Below, piece after piece: positions 31,125-40,732 of a stretch of 64,000 nt of DNA. Location of the stretch: IMG/VR virus record IMGVR_UViG_3300032322_002561, positions 124,001 through 188,000 of that record. The stretch is one strand, 5' to 3'. Every line of letters starts with the position of its first letter. Position 1 is the stretch's first letter. The notes under the pieces are model-generated. The model was given only the letters and a program-made list of their open reading frames with translations, was not told the DNA's origin and ran no database searches. Both the position numbers and the translations under genes were made by a program.

Positions 31125-31750
31125 CAGTGACCACCAAATACTTCTAGGGCATGAGCATAGTGTTTCATTCTATCCTCAAGGCCAATGGTTCCCCCGTTTA
31201 TTCTTTTTGTCATTGTGAGAATATCGTTTGTGTCAGCAAAACGATTTAAGTTGTTGGTTTCCCAGAACCAGCAGGCACTTTGTACTGCGCCTTCAAAGGT
31301 TTCTAGATATGCAGCGGCTTCCTCTACAGGTGTTTCAATACTTTCGGCAAAATTTTCATAATTGCTCTTGCCTGTGAGCTGTATGAGTCCACGTCCGCAA
31401 TATCTGTAGCCATCGCCTGAGGCTTCGTCGCCGTTGCCCATCCTATTGGCATAGATACGGTTGGCTATGGCTTCGGCCTTGTTGGGCAAGCTGGCATATT
31501 GATTGGCCAGCTCATCTGTGGGGAAATACTTGGGAAATATTTTACGCAGGCTGGCCGCACGATAATTCAAATTTTCTTTAAGGAACATGAATCCGCCCGA
31601 CTCATGCGCACACTGGGCCAAAAAGGCAGCCACACGCTGTGGCGTGTCAATACCATAATCAGGTAACAATTTGTTTAGTGCGTCACACCATTGATCAATG
31701 TAGGGATTTTTGGGTATGATCTGTGCCAGTTGTTCACGGGTAATTTGCAT
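31124..31750 (-). CDS. glycoside hydrolase family 19 endolysin
   Basis: AFLAQCAHES, ENLNY, GRGLIQLTG, TKRINGG. Confidence 0.92.
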   Translation of the reverse strand: MQITREQLAQIIPKNPYIDQWCDALNKLLPDYGIDTPQRVAAFLAQCAHESGGFMFLKENLNYRAASLRKIFPKYFPTDELANQYASLPNKAEAIANRIYANRMGNGDEASGDGYRYCGRGLIQLTGKSNYENFAESIETPVEEAAAYLETFEGAVQSACWFWETNNLNRFADTNDILTMTKRINGGTIGLEDRMKHYAHALEVFGGH

Positions 31751-31779
31751 GGGTAAAGTCCTTTAAGTACCCATATTTA
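31749..31779 (-). promoter_or_regulatory. late promoter overlapping a start-codon-sequestering hairpin of the endolysin
   Basis: TAAATA 31779-31774; inverted repeat ATGGGTA/TACCCAT 31774-31768 with 31755-31749. Confidence 0.65.
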
Positions 31780-31782
31780 GCA

Positions 31783-32460
31783 CTAACTCACATGCAACAT
31801 GTTTGCTGTGGCAGTGGGAAGATTTGTAATCATATAATTGGCTGCGGCTTTATGTGCAGTTTCTAGGGGATGAAGCTTTGGACTTATTTCGTAACCTTTT
31901 TGCCTGGACCACTCCAAAAAGGTCATGTCTTCAAACATTGTAAAATAAGGGCGTAAAAAATTCTGTAGACTGGCTGTCACCGAGCTGTTGTTCCAGGTTT
32001 GATCCAGCAACAAAGGGTCAATATAGGTCATGACAAAGGGTTGTTTTTTTTGGTGCAACATGTCCACAACAGATTTTACGTAAATCAAGCTGGTTAATTT
32101 GTCTTTGTATTCAGATTGTAATTGTGCAAAATAATTCACAGCCAAAGGATCAGGGTCTGCAGGCCGCAGTGTTTGCCATTCCGAGTGTTTGTATTTGATA
32201 TGCGGTACCGAAATGTAATCAAAACGATCGATCCAGGTCCAACTAATCACATACAGGGCTTGGTCATTGATGTAAAGTTGTTTTAGAACTTGTTCAGCAA
32301 TGCGAAGATTTCCGCATCCAGCTGACGCCCAACATTGATATTCAAACCCTAAATTTTCTGCAAGTCTGGCTGGCCATGTCTGCGTGCTGCCATTGAGAGG
32401 ATCATAGTCAGATAGATCTGAACCTTGTATAAAACTACAACCAAAACTTTTGAGTTTCAT
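31783..32460 (-). CDS. SGNH/GDSL-like hydrolase
   Basis: FGCSFIQGSD, GCGN, SWTWIDR, HP near C-terminus. Confidence 0.65.
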   Translation of the reverse strand: MKLKSFGCSFIQGSDLSDYDPLNGSTQTWPARLAENLGFEYQCWASAGCGNLRIAEQVLKQLYINDQALYVISWTWIDRFDYISVPHIKYKHSEWQTLRPADPDPLAVNYFAQLQSEYKDKLTSLIYVKSVVDMLHQKKQPFVMTYIDPLLLDQTWNNSSVTASLQNFLRPYFTMFEDMTFLEWSRQKGYEISPKLHPLETAHKAAANYMITNLPTATANMLHVS

Positions 32461-32490
32461 GCTGTAATTTAGCGCCGGCCCAACTGAGTT

Positions 32491-33330
32491 TTATTTTTCT
32501 AGTCCCAAGGATTTTCTTATCTTGGTTGCACTGATAGAATGTGTGGCCTCATCAAAGGTTTCTTGTTCAATCCGATATCCCACATCACGCCCGTAGGTAA
32601 TGTTTACGATGTTGGGCACTACCTGTATTTCGTACTGCCCTTGATACAAGGGATCCAGATCTCTGCGTATATAACTCTTGACCTGATCTATGGCAAAGGG
32701 ATTTGATCCTTGCCAGCCCTGGCAATCACGTATTTGTATCACAACCTGACCGGTCTTGGCAATGGCACGTTCAAACAAGGCTCTATGACCGGCATGCCAA
32801 GGTTGCCAGCGACCCAGCATCTGCACAGTTTCCTGTTGCCAGTTAAATGTAGGACGTCGGCGACGGTCTATGATGTGACTACCAACAAATTCAGCCCATT
32901 TTTCTGCGTTCTTTTCTGTGATGCGAAAATCATACACTTCGGGTGGCACAAACATCTTGTTGGTATCTTCAAATCTGCCGGCTTCGATGGTGTCCATCCA
33001 AATGGTCCAGTCAGCCTTGAAGTTATTGCGCATTTCTGGTATGGGTGCCACAAAGTCACAGATCACGTAGTCCGTGGTAGTGGCCAAAGCAAACTCCAAC
33101 ATCCTTAAACTCTGTCGTATGCGACCTTCCTTTGAGAAGTCCCAGTCGTTGTATTTGCGTCGCACATCGTCGGCATTGAACCAGGACACTGTGGCATCCA
33201 TGCCAGTGATGGGCAACATTTCAGGTATGTTGCTTCTGGTGCCATGTTTTTCTAGATAGGTTTTGAGATGTTCTGCAAAGTAGGTCTTACCTGATCCAGG
33301 CAGGCCCATGATCAAAATTCTTTGTGACAC
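32491..33330 (-). CDS. APS-kinase-like P-loop kinase fused to HIGH nucleotidyltransferase
   Basis: GLPGSGKT, NADDVR, DFSKEGRIRQ; GRWQPWHAGH, SATKIR. Confidence 0.8.
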   Translation of the reverse strand: MSQRILIMGLPGSGKTYFAEHLKTYLEKHGTRSNIPEMLPITGMDATVSWFNADDVRRKYNDWDFSKEGRIRQSLRMLEFALATTTDYVICDFVAPIPEMRNNFKADWTIWMDTIEAGRFEDTNKMFVPPEVYDFRITEKNAEKWAEFVGSHIIDRRRRPTFNWQQETVQMLGRWQPWHAGHRALFERAIAKTGQVVIQIRDCQGWQGSNPFAIDQVKSYIRRDLDPLYQGQYEIQVVPNIVNITYGRDVGYRIEQETFDEATHSISATKIRKSLGLEK

Positions 33331-33342
33331 TGTGATGCTTTC

Positions 33343-33918
33343 TTAAAAGTTAATGCCGGCTGCGGATTTTAATTCTTCAATTTCGGGTGTAGTTTTGGTG
33401 TAGATCTTTTTTGTTTCTAATCCAGCAGCTTCGCGAATTTCGTTGAGATCTTTTTCTTTTTTCATTCTATAACTATCTGGGGTCAGTGGTACCGTGGCAG
33501 AAAATGATTCTTCACTAAATGGGATAGTTTTGCCTTGATAGTGTATCATCCAATCGTCTGGTTGAAATTCGGTCAATGTGCTCAAATCGTCCACGAGCTC
33601 AAACACATTTTTTGCAGCCGCAGTTCTACGACGTATTTCTACATACACCAAATATCGGCCAGGTTTTATTTCGCCTGGGCTGACTTCAGAATCCAACACA
33701 AAGTCATAGCCTTTTTCAAACCAGCTCATGAGATCTCGAGCTGCCTGTTTGTCACGAACAAAAAAACTCAGCACAATGATGTCTTCGTCGTCGCCCATTT
33801 TGGAACTGAATTCGTCCACGTGAATAGTTGACTTCATGATTCCATCAAGATCTTTGTACTGCAATCCCTCTAACAAGGATTCAGAATTATTGTGCCTGTT
33901 GTAAATTTTGTTGTGCAT
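33343..33918 (-). CDS. hypothetical phage protein
   Basis: Long ORF coupled to upstream gene; start uncertain. Confidence 0.65.
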   Translation of the reverse strand: MHNKIYNRHNNSESLLEGLQYKDLDGIMKSTIHVDEFSSKMGDDEDIIVLSFFVRDKQAARDLMSWFEKGYDFVLDSEVSPGEIKPGRYLVYVEIRRRTAAAKNVFELVDDLSTLTEFQPDDWMIHYQGKTIPFSEESFSATVPLTPDSYRMKKEKDLNEIREAAGLETKKIYTKTTPEIEELKSAAGINF

Positions 33919-34453
33919 CTTGTGCCTGTTCATCGCTTTGATATTCTTGTTTGTCTAGATCCTGCTCGTAGGCATCGTCTAGATCCTTCAAATCAATTTC
34001 TTGATCTTCCATTTCAATTGAGCCGGTCCGAATTTCGCTCATGAGCCGTTTGGGCATGACAATTTCTACAAGCCAAACATTTTTTTCAATAATTCTAGCC
34101 TTGTGGGTGCCAGGAATGTAGTCACTGGGATCTGTGATCTTGATAGGTATTTTAATCTTGTTTTTCTTGTATTGTACTTCGCAATCAAAAGGCAATAATC
34201 TACGTCCACCGCGTGGATCGGGCATGAGTTTTTCAGGCCACATAAAAATACAAGTCACGCGATATTTGTCAATCTGGGGACCAGACACTAGCTCGCCAAT
34301 TTCCCAGTTTTTGTAGGCATAGATATCTAGTTCGTCCAATACTCGTTCAAAGTCCAAGAGAGTGGTCAGACTTCCATCGCTCATGTAAATGTCACGAATG
34401 TTATCGGCCACCTGCCAGTAATCTTCGTGATTTTTGAATATCTCTTTGTCCAT
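33887..34453 (-). CDS. hypothetical phage protein (MDKEIF...)
   Basis: TATAAATA 5 nt before ATG 34453. Confidence 0.7.
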   Translation of the reverse strand: MDKEIFKNHEDYWQVADNIRDIYMSDGSLTTLLDFERVLDELDIYAYKNWEIGELVSGPQIDKYRVTCIFMWPEKLMPDPRGGRRLLPFDCEVQYKKNKIKIPIKITDPSDYIPGTHKARIIEKNVWLVEIVMPKRLMSEIRTGSIEMEDQEIDLKDLDDAYEQDLDKQEYQSDEQAQDAQQNLQQAQ

Positions 34454-34621
34454 GCAATTATTTATACAGGATGCACAAGCTGGCAAGTTAGTGGAAAAAT
34501 GCCCTGGTCAATATTTATTGTTAAAAAATAAAAAATTCAACTGTGATTGATTTTGCATGTGTTTGATCGTAAATATCTTGGTCCAAAGTCTGGGCAATCA
34601 AACACACAAGGAGAATAGCTC

Positions 34622-35356
34622 TTGAGCAGAAATCGCGCACAAAAAGCACAAAAACGTATGACTCAGCAAGAAAACACAATTTCATTTCAACAGGTCAAAA
34701 AGATTCATAATCCGCGACCAGTTGATTTGGTACCAAGAACTCGCAATCAAGAACGCTTGGTCTTGGCCTTGCAAGATAGTGCTCAACATATTGTGGTCAC
34801 TGTGGGACCCGCAGGCACAGGCAAAACCTACTTGGCCATGCAGGCCGCAGTACGAGCCTTGAGAGAAGGCCGCACAGAACGCATAGTAATGACCCGCCCC
34901 GCAGTGGGAGTAGAAGATGAACGGCACGGATTCCTGCCGGGAAATCTTGTGGCAAAAATGGAACCATGGACTCGCCCACTTTTAGATGTCCTGCGCGAGT
35001 ATTACCGCCCTCAAGACATTAGTGCGATGATTGAGGATCAGGTCATAGAAATAGCACCTTTGGCATTCATGCGCGGTAGAACTTTCAAACAGGCCTGGAT
35101 CATTGCCGACGAGATGCAGAACGCTACACCTGCTCAGTGCAAAATGTTGATGACACGCATAGGCGATAATTCAAAAGTTATAATCACGGGCGATATAGAG
35201 CAGGCCGATCGCAGTCATGGCGACAACGGGTTGTTGGATCTGTGTCAGCGACTGGCAAAAAATCAAACCACGGGCATTGCAGTGTGTGAGTTGCAGACTC
35301 GAGATGTTCAAAGACACAAAATTATAGGAGATGTTCTTAAACTCTATCAGGATTGA
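34622..35356 (+). CDS. phoH: PhoH-family ATPase
   Basis: GPAGTGKT, RPAV, GFLPG, FMRGRTF, DEMQN, TGDIEQ. Confidence 0.95.
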   Translation: MSRNRAQKAQKRMTQQENTISFQQVKKIHNPRPVDLVPRTRNQERLVLALQDSAQHIVVTVGPAGTGKTYLAMQAAVRALREGRTERIVMTRPAVGVEDERHGFLPGNLVAKMEPWTRPLLDVLREYYRPQDISAMIEDQVIEIAPLAFMRGRTFKQAWIIADEMQNATPAQCKMLMTRIGDNSKVIITGDIEQADRSHGDNGLLDLCQRLAKNQTTGIAVCELQTRDVQRHKIIGDVLKLYQD

Positions 35357-35372
35357 TAGCTATAAGTAGTTG

Positions 35373-36005
35373 ATGAATCTCGGTAGTCAATTACATTCAC
35401 CTATAGTGCTGAGTTATGGTAGGACTGGATCAGTCCTACTGGCAGCTAATCTGGAAAAAAGTCTCAACGGGGTTGATGCCAGAGCAGACAAAATCAAATA
35501 TGTCAAAGAATTACCGTTTGATTTCACTGCCGAACACCCCACGGTGTTTCACAGTCATTTGAAGCTAGATAGAAGCATCATACCCGGACTCACACGAGTA
35601 TTTTCTCTACGCTTGAATCCCATTGAACACATCCTGTCATTTGTCATGGTAGACAAGTTCAAGCATTATCATCTGCGCAATACCTGGGCCAAATTTGAAC
35701 TAGAACCTTTTGTGTTTGATCAATGGCACATGATAGATCAACTATGTAGAGACATCAAAGATTGGCATGAATACTATGTTGCCGATCTTGCCGCAGAAGA
35801 TTTTGTTATCAATTATGAAGTAATGATTCGCGGTCTAAAGCCTGACCAACCTTGGCAAAAAATTTATCCTGACAAACATTGCGTAATCCAAAATCACATG
35901 GACGTGGTGAATTATATCGTGACTAGATTTAACTGGCAACCGGAATTAGATGTGTTTGCCAAGCACCGGGCTAGATTTGACTTATACCCTTACGCTACTG
36001 GGTAA
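35373..36005 (+). CDS. sulfotransferase-like (Stf0-type) protein
   Basis: SYGRTGSVLL PAPS-loop-like motif, INYE. Confidence 0.5.
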   Translation: MNLGSQLHSPIVLSYGRTGSVLLAANLEKSLNGVDARADKIKYVKELPFDFTAEHPTVFHSHLKLDRSIIPGLTRVFSLRLNPIEHILSFVMVDKFKHYHLRNTWAKFELEPFVFDQWHMIDQLCRDIKDWHEYYVADLAAEDFVINYEVMIRGLKPDQPWQKIYPDKHCVIQNHMDVVNYIVTRFNWQPELDVFAKHRARFDLYPYATG

Positions 36006-36594
36006 CATGTTCAAATATTTCCCGCCAATTTTTGACCAATTTAACACCGGGATGATAAAAGTGCATGTTGTGACCGTGTTCCAAGAGCAGGCATCGTAGT
36101 CCTGCTCGGTAGCCGGCTTCGGCATTTTCAGGCTTGTCTTCGATCCACCAACATCCAGTGCCTTCATATTCCTCTAGTGCTTCGTCCTTGTGAGCCCCAG
36201 TGTCCAGGCACACTAGGCGTTCAAAGGCTGTGGATCCAAACAGTTTGTGTATGTTCATTTCACGCAGTTTCTGCGCATTGGGATCCAGGCTCAGGCTGGT
36301 TATAGCATGGAATCTGAATCCGTACTCTTCATGCAGGCGTTTGATGTAGTACATGGCATCACGCTGGGCTGGTAAGAATCCAATTGCGGCGCTTTCATTG
36401 AATACCTTGATCAATTTACGGATCTGTTCTTTGCTGACTCCATACCGAATGCTCATGTCATACTGTAGTTTTGACCCCGGCACTTCTTCAAAGCCGTGTT
36501 CCTGCATCCATACATTGAATGCCCATTCCCAGTCTAAACAAACACCGTCGCAATCGGTAAGGATTAACCGATCCAGATTTTTCCATTTCTTCAT
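35995..36594 (-). CDS. HAD-like 5'(3')-nucleotidase
   Basis: TDCDGV, ITS, K, IEDKPEN. Confidence 0.8.
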   Translation of the reverse strand: MKKWKNLDRLILTDCDGVCLDWEWAFNVWMQEHGFEEVPGSKLQYDMSIRYGVSKEQIRKLIKVFNESAAIGFLPAQRDAMYYIKRLHEEYGFRFHAITSLSLDPNAQKLREMNIHKLFGSTAFERLVCLDTGAHKDEALEEYEGTGCWWIEDKPENAEAGYRAGLRCLLLEHGHNMHFYHPGVKLVKNWREIFEHVTQ

Positions 36595-36606
36595 AGCACG
36601 ATTATA

Positions 36607-37377
36607 CTATGATTCGCTTTTTTGGTCAACCTGCGTTAGTTTTTTTATGATTTTTTCCGCCATAATTTTATGACTTTCAATTCCAGGATGTACATCGTCG
36701 TTGGCATAATCTACAGAGAAAGACTCAAAGCTGTCAAACAAATTAACCCATTTTTCTTTATCTAGTGATTTAAATTTTTCCTGTAACTTAGAAAAATAAA
36801 AAATTATTTCTTGATCATTTCTGTTATCAAAATCTAAAATTGTTTTTGAATACAAGGACAAACTTTGAGACAAATTGTCAGATAAAGGGTTGATCAAGTC
36901 TTGAGTCCAAGGCACCAGTCCATTTATAAAATATAACTTGATCGAACATGATTTTGCTAATTCGCACAATATGGCACAGTACTCAATTAAATCAAGTATG
37001 TTTTGATAATCATGATTAAGCAACAACAACAAATTTTTTAATTTTTGAGTATCCTTTGATGTAATGTACAAATCTCTATAGGTAAAATCTGAAAATTTTG
37101 CGTTGTGTGAATTAAAAAAAACTTCTGGTCCTGGCGATAACCAAATTCTATTCAATGCAGACCACTGTATAAAAACTATTTGATATTTTTTTTCTAGTAT
37201 TGCATTGGCAGATCTTAAAAAAATCTCATAATTACCAGATCCAGGTACTGCTATGTTTGTTTTTTTGAAATTAAAATAATCTGCAACAATTTGATCGTAA
37301 AGATACTTTGTTCGCTCATGATTATCAAACCCATTACCAAATGTAAGAGAACATCCATCAAAACAAACATTAGTCAT
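36607..37377 (-). CDS. SGNH/GDSL-like hydrolase in an AT-rich gene
   Basis: DGCSLTFG, NIAVPGSGN, QWS, DDVHPG. Confidence 0.7.
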   Translation of the reverse strand: MTNVCFDGCSLTFGNGFDNHERTKYLYDQIVADYFNFKKTNIAVPGSGNYEIFLRSANAILEKKYQIVFIQWSALNRIWLSPGPEVFFNSHNAKFSDFTYRDLYITSKDTQKLKNLLLLLNHDYQNILDLIEYCAILCELAKSCSIKLYFINGLVPWTQDLINPLSDNLSQSLSLYSKTILDFDNRNDQEIIFYFSKLQEKFKSLDKEKWVNLFDSFESFSVDYANDDVHPGIESHKIMAEKIIKKLTQVDQKSES

Positions 37378-37403
37378 TTTTTGCCAGGTCTAATTTCTTA
37401 GAT

Positions 37404-37694
37404 TTAATTTTGTTGGTCAACGGCTTCGGCTGTGATGTTTATGGGGTGTCCGTTTTCATTGAACAATCGTTCTATCACATTGGGATAGTGCTGATAGTAG
37501 TAACTCACAATACGATCCCAATTCTTAGGAACAATAACTCCATCCATGCTACAAGTTACCACTTTCTGTTCTTTGAAGTCGAGAATTACATTACAAGTCT
37601 GAATATCCTTGTTTCGAAGACGTTTGCTAACAACCATGCCCTCGTCAATTTTTCCAGAGGGAGTTTTATAGTAAGTTAAAAGTAAGTATCTCAT
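37404..37694 (-). CDS. hypothetical protein
   Basis: ATGA overlap with clamp-loader gene. Confidence 0.7.
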   Translation of the reverse strand: MRYLLLTYYKTPSGKIDEGMVVSKRLRNKDIQTCNVILDFKEQKVVTCSMDGVIVPKNWDRIVSYYYQHYPNVIERLFNENGHPINITAEAVDQQN

Positions 37695-38614
37695 TTGATT
37701 TGTCCCAACTCAATCAGTGTTGCACTCAAATTAATTTCAGTATCGGCTACCTGGGTATTGTTGACCAGACCATTGCGTATGATCACAATGGCTTGATCTT
37801 GTTGTTCCACTGTTTTACCAAACAAATCAATGTTGTCATACATCCAACGAAAAATTTCTTCGGCTTCTTCCGGAGTTGAACTTTGACACAATAGAGTACG
37901 AGCTTCGCGAATTCGACCGTGTTTGAAAAGATCCACACAGTCTAAACGCCAGTCACGTGCGCTGCGATCTGCGGTACCAGGTTCAACCAAGCGACCAGTT
38001 TGACTGTTTAGTTGCACAAGATTTAGACACTTGCGCAAGTCTGGATAAGTGGCCTTGACATAACTGTCTAGCACATCCAAGTCAAATTCTATGCCTTCAC
38101 TTACCAGCACTGTGGCCACTCGAGCTGTGAATTCTGTATGATCAGTTTTGACAATATGAAATCCTTGACAACGACTGTGCAGTGGAGGAATAATCTTGTT
38201 GGGATAATTGCAGGTAAGAATAAAACGCACGGTCTCACTGTAATCCTCCATGAGATTACGCATGGCTGGTTGTACAGAATTAGGATTCAAATAGTCAGCT
38301 TCATCAATCAAAACTACTTTGAAATTTCCATACGGCATGGTTTGACAAAAACTGATCAGCTTGTCCACCCACTCGATTTTGCGACCTTCTTTGGAGCCAT
38401 TGGCCCACAACACATCATATTCATCAACTTTCAGCTCGTTGATCAGCATCTTGGCCATGGTTGTTTTGCCAGTACCTGGACTGCCGCTCAACAACAAGTG
38501 AGGAATAGTACCGTCTCGAATCCACGCTGAGACCTGTTGCCGTTGATTGTCGTCAACAAACACATAGCCATCCATGCTGCTGGGACGATATTTTTCAACC
38601 CATAATTCTTTCAT
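37691..38614 (-). CDS. sliding-clamp loader ATPase subunit (T4 gp44/RFC-like)
   Basis: LWVEKYRP, GSPGTGKTT, IDEAD, SRC, PDLRK. Confidence 0.93.
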   Translation of the reverse strand: MKELWVEKYRPSSMDGYVFVDDNQRQQVSAWIRDGTIPHLLLSGSPGTGKTTMAKMLINELKVDEYDVLWANGSKEGRKIEWVDKLISFCQTMPYGNFKVVLIDEADYLNPNSVQPAMRNLMEDYSETVRFILTCNYPNKIIPPLHSRCQGFHIVKTDHTEFTARVATVLVSEGIEFDLDVLDSYVKATYPDLRKCLNLVQLNSQTGRLVEPGTADRSARDWRLDCVDLFKHGRIREARTLLCQSSTPEEAEEIFRWMYDNIDLFGKTVEQQDQAIVIIRNGLVNNTQVADTEINLSATLIELGQIK

Positions 38615-38743
38615 TTAAACCATCCTTTGATTGACTGTATTAAATTATAATATCTTTCGCGATAAAGATCAACAGGAGCCGGCAGATGAGGACAACGACC
38701 CTGCCGCCAATCACAATTGAGCTGAATTGACTCACCGCAGGTG

Positions 38744-38983
38744 TTACATTTTTTTGAGTCGTTGCCAGACCTGTTGTTTTTCATGTTCTTTTAAAAATTC
38801 CTCTTCTCCGGTGAAAGTGGGTGAGTTTTCGAGGATACGGTCTAGCTCAAACTTGATAAGATACAAATCTTGTTTGATCATCCATGACGTCCAACCGTCA
38901 TTGTAAGAACTGTTTAATTCTATTGACATACGTTGAAGCTGACTGTGTATGTCAGTTTTGTCCCATAATTGTTGAAAACCCAT
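38744..38983 (-). CDS. hypothetical protein (MGFQQL...)
   Basis: ATG immediately after groES stop. Confidence 0.6.
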   Translation of the reverse strand: MGFQQLWDKTDIHSQLQRMSIELNSSYNDGWTSWMIKQDLYLIKFELDRILENSPTFTGEEEFLKEHEKQQVWQRLKKM

Positions 38984-38984
38984 G

Positions 38985-39386
38985 CTACGAGTGTAGCATG
39001 TTGTCGGGCTTTTTGTCAACATGTATGGCGTCAGAAAATGTTTCGTCCTCCATACGATTATCACTGACCAAGAGAATATCTTTGGGATCCACACGGCGTA
39101 TGGTGTGCTTGCCTGATTCGTCCTCTATATCTAGGCCACGAGTCCAACGTCCGTGTGCTACCAAGATCCACTGTCCCACAGTGACTTCATTTTGATCCGG
39201 TCCCACTGCATAGACCTGGGCCCATCTGGGTCGAATGCCCTTGGTGGTTCCATTATCACCAGGCAGTATGATACCGCCTTGGCTGAGTCTAGTTTCAAAA
39301 TTCATTTCGGCCACAATGACATGATCCTTGAGAGCTCGCAGTTGTTGTTTGGAGATTTGATGAGGTTGGAATGCTAATTTGGTCAT
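38985..39386 (-). CDS. groES: co-chaperonin GroES-like
   Basis: LRALKDHVIV, GGIILP, VYAVGP, VGQ, DIL. Confidence 0.85.
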   Translation of the reverse strand: MTKLAFQPHQISKQQLRALKDHVIVAEMNFETRLSQGGIILPGDNGTTKGIRPRWAQVYAVGPDQNEVTVGQWILVAHGRWTRGLDIEDESGKHTIRRVDPKDILLVSDNRMEDETFSDAIHVDKKPDNMLHS

Positions 39387-39387
39387 G

Positions 39388-39597
39388 TTATTTTTTTCTT
39401 GGATTGATTACTTGACGATTGTACTGAGTGTTGACTTGATTGGGTTTTGAACGAATTACGTTGTTCAAGTCATCGACTTCGTCGCCGCGAGCATTGACCT
39501 TCATGTTGCCCACAGCACGTACTTTTTCATTCTGCAACATGAGTTTGCCCATGTCAAGAGTTTTACCTTGTGCAGTTTTGTATGTTTTTTGTGTCAT
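39388..39597 (-). CDS. small basic hypothetical protein
   Basis: SD AGGAG and TAAATA upstream. Confidence 0.7.
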   Translation of the reverse strand: MTQKTYKTAQGKTLDMGKLMLQNEKVRAVGNMKVNARGDEVDDLNNVIRSKPNQVNTQYNRQVINPRKK

Positions 39598-39618
39598 TGC
39601 TGTCTCCTAAAACAGTAT

Positions 39619-40140
39619 TTAACGCAGAAATTCCGCAGGATCTAAATCATAATACAGGCTGTCAATTTTATGAACGCCCAGTTTGTACAGCACATAACTG
39701 GCCACACTGCTTCCACGTCCCACTCCCCAAATCAGATTGTGGGCATGCATCACATCCATGAGATACTTGAGATATCGTAAAAGGTCAAACAGATTGCGTT
39801 CTTGATACAGCAACAGTTCTTGACCGCAACGTTGTAGTTCAGCATTGTTGTTGCACAGGCCCAACACATGTTCGGCTATGTCCAAATTCTTGTATTCTTC
39901 AGGCATGAACCACTGGCTTTGACAAATTTGGTCAAATTCTTGCACAGTTATGTGTTGGTTTTTTTCGTGTTGCCAAGTCTTGAATTTGTCATGATCAAGA
40001 CCTATCTGAGTCAAACTGTCAAGGTCAATTGTGGCATCAGTCAAGACATTTTCAAGTTTGCACAGATCATGTCCTTGCATGGCTAGATTGAACAGATCTG
40101 TTTCTCCAAAAACTATTTCACCGTATGGAGTCGTCTTCAT
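39619..40140 (-). CDS. dnaE: DNA polymerase III alpha-like fragment (split DnaE)
   Basis: GVGRGSSVASYVLYKLGVHKID...EFLR; ends before the catalytic PDIDxD; start uncertain (40140 or 40158). Confidence 0.8.
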   Translation of the reverse strand: MKTTPYGEIVFGETDLFNLAMQGHDLCKLENVLTDATIDLDSLTQIGLDHDKFKTWQHEKNQHITVQEFDQICQSQWFMPEEYKNLDIAEHVLGLCNNNAELQRCGQELLLYQERNLFDLLRYLKYLMDVMHAHNLIWGVGRGSSVASYVLYKLGVHKIDSLYYDLDPAEFLR

Positions 40141-40732
40141 TTTTTCCAAAATTAGCATATACTATAATGTTACCGGTATGATCCACGTGATTGTCCGGCC
40201 ACATGAGATCATACTCAGCCCAGGTGTTGGGAGTTACCTTGACAATTTTTTCTTCACTTTCGGACACAATTTCTATGTTGTGATTGAGAGTGCCTGCATT
40301 GTTCCACCAACCTGGGGCCTGAAACGGTCCAAGATTTTCTTCACTGTCGTGTTGATACCATACCCCGTCACTGACACTGCTGGTAATGTCCACACTGGTC
40401 ACAGTTAATCTACCTTCCATGATGGCATTGAGTTTACAGTGTAACATCATTCCAATGATTTGTTCAATGGGTTCGTCTGGCAAAGTGGTGACATTCACAC
40501 CCATGATTCTCAAAAGTTGTGCATGATCCTTGTGTTTTTCGTGTATGAACACAGCGTCTTGCAATATGCTGTTGATAAAACATCTAAGGCGTTCCATGGC
40601 AGTATTGAGTTCTTGCTTGTTTTCAGTATTGGTGATCATTTGCATGACTGCTGTATAGCTGTTGATCATCAATCCAGATTCTGTGTAAACTGCTGCCAAA
40701 AATTCGCTGTCGTACTGGATTCTTACATTCAT
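40118..40732 (-). CDS. hypothetical protein
   Basis: Long ORF in operon. Confidence 0.7.
   Translation of the reverse strand: MNVRIQYDSEFLAAVYTESGLMINSYTAVMQMITNTENKQELNTAMERLRCFINSILQDAVFIHEKHKDHAQLLRIMGVNVTTLPDEPIEQIIGMMLHCKLNAIMEGRLTVTSVDITSSVSDGVWYQHDSEENLGPFQAPGWWNNAGTLNHNIEIVSESEEKIVKVTPNTWAEYDLMWPDNHVDHTGNIIVYANFGKNEDDSIR

Noticed and set aside
38682-38706. CAGATGAG resembling a hammerhead core
   Set aside because: Core should be CUGAUGA, and the GAAA partner strand is missing
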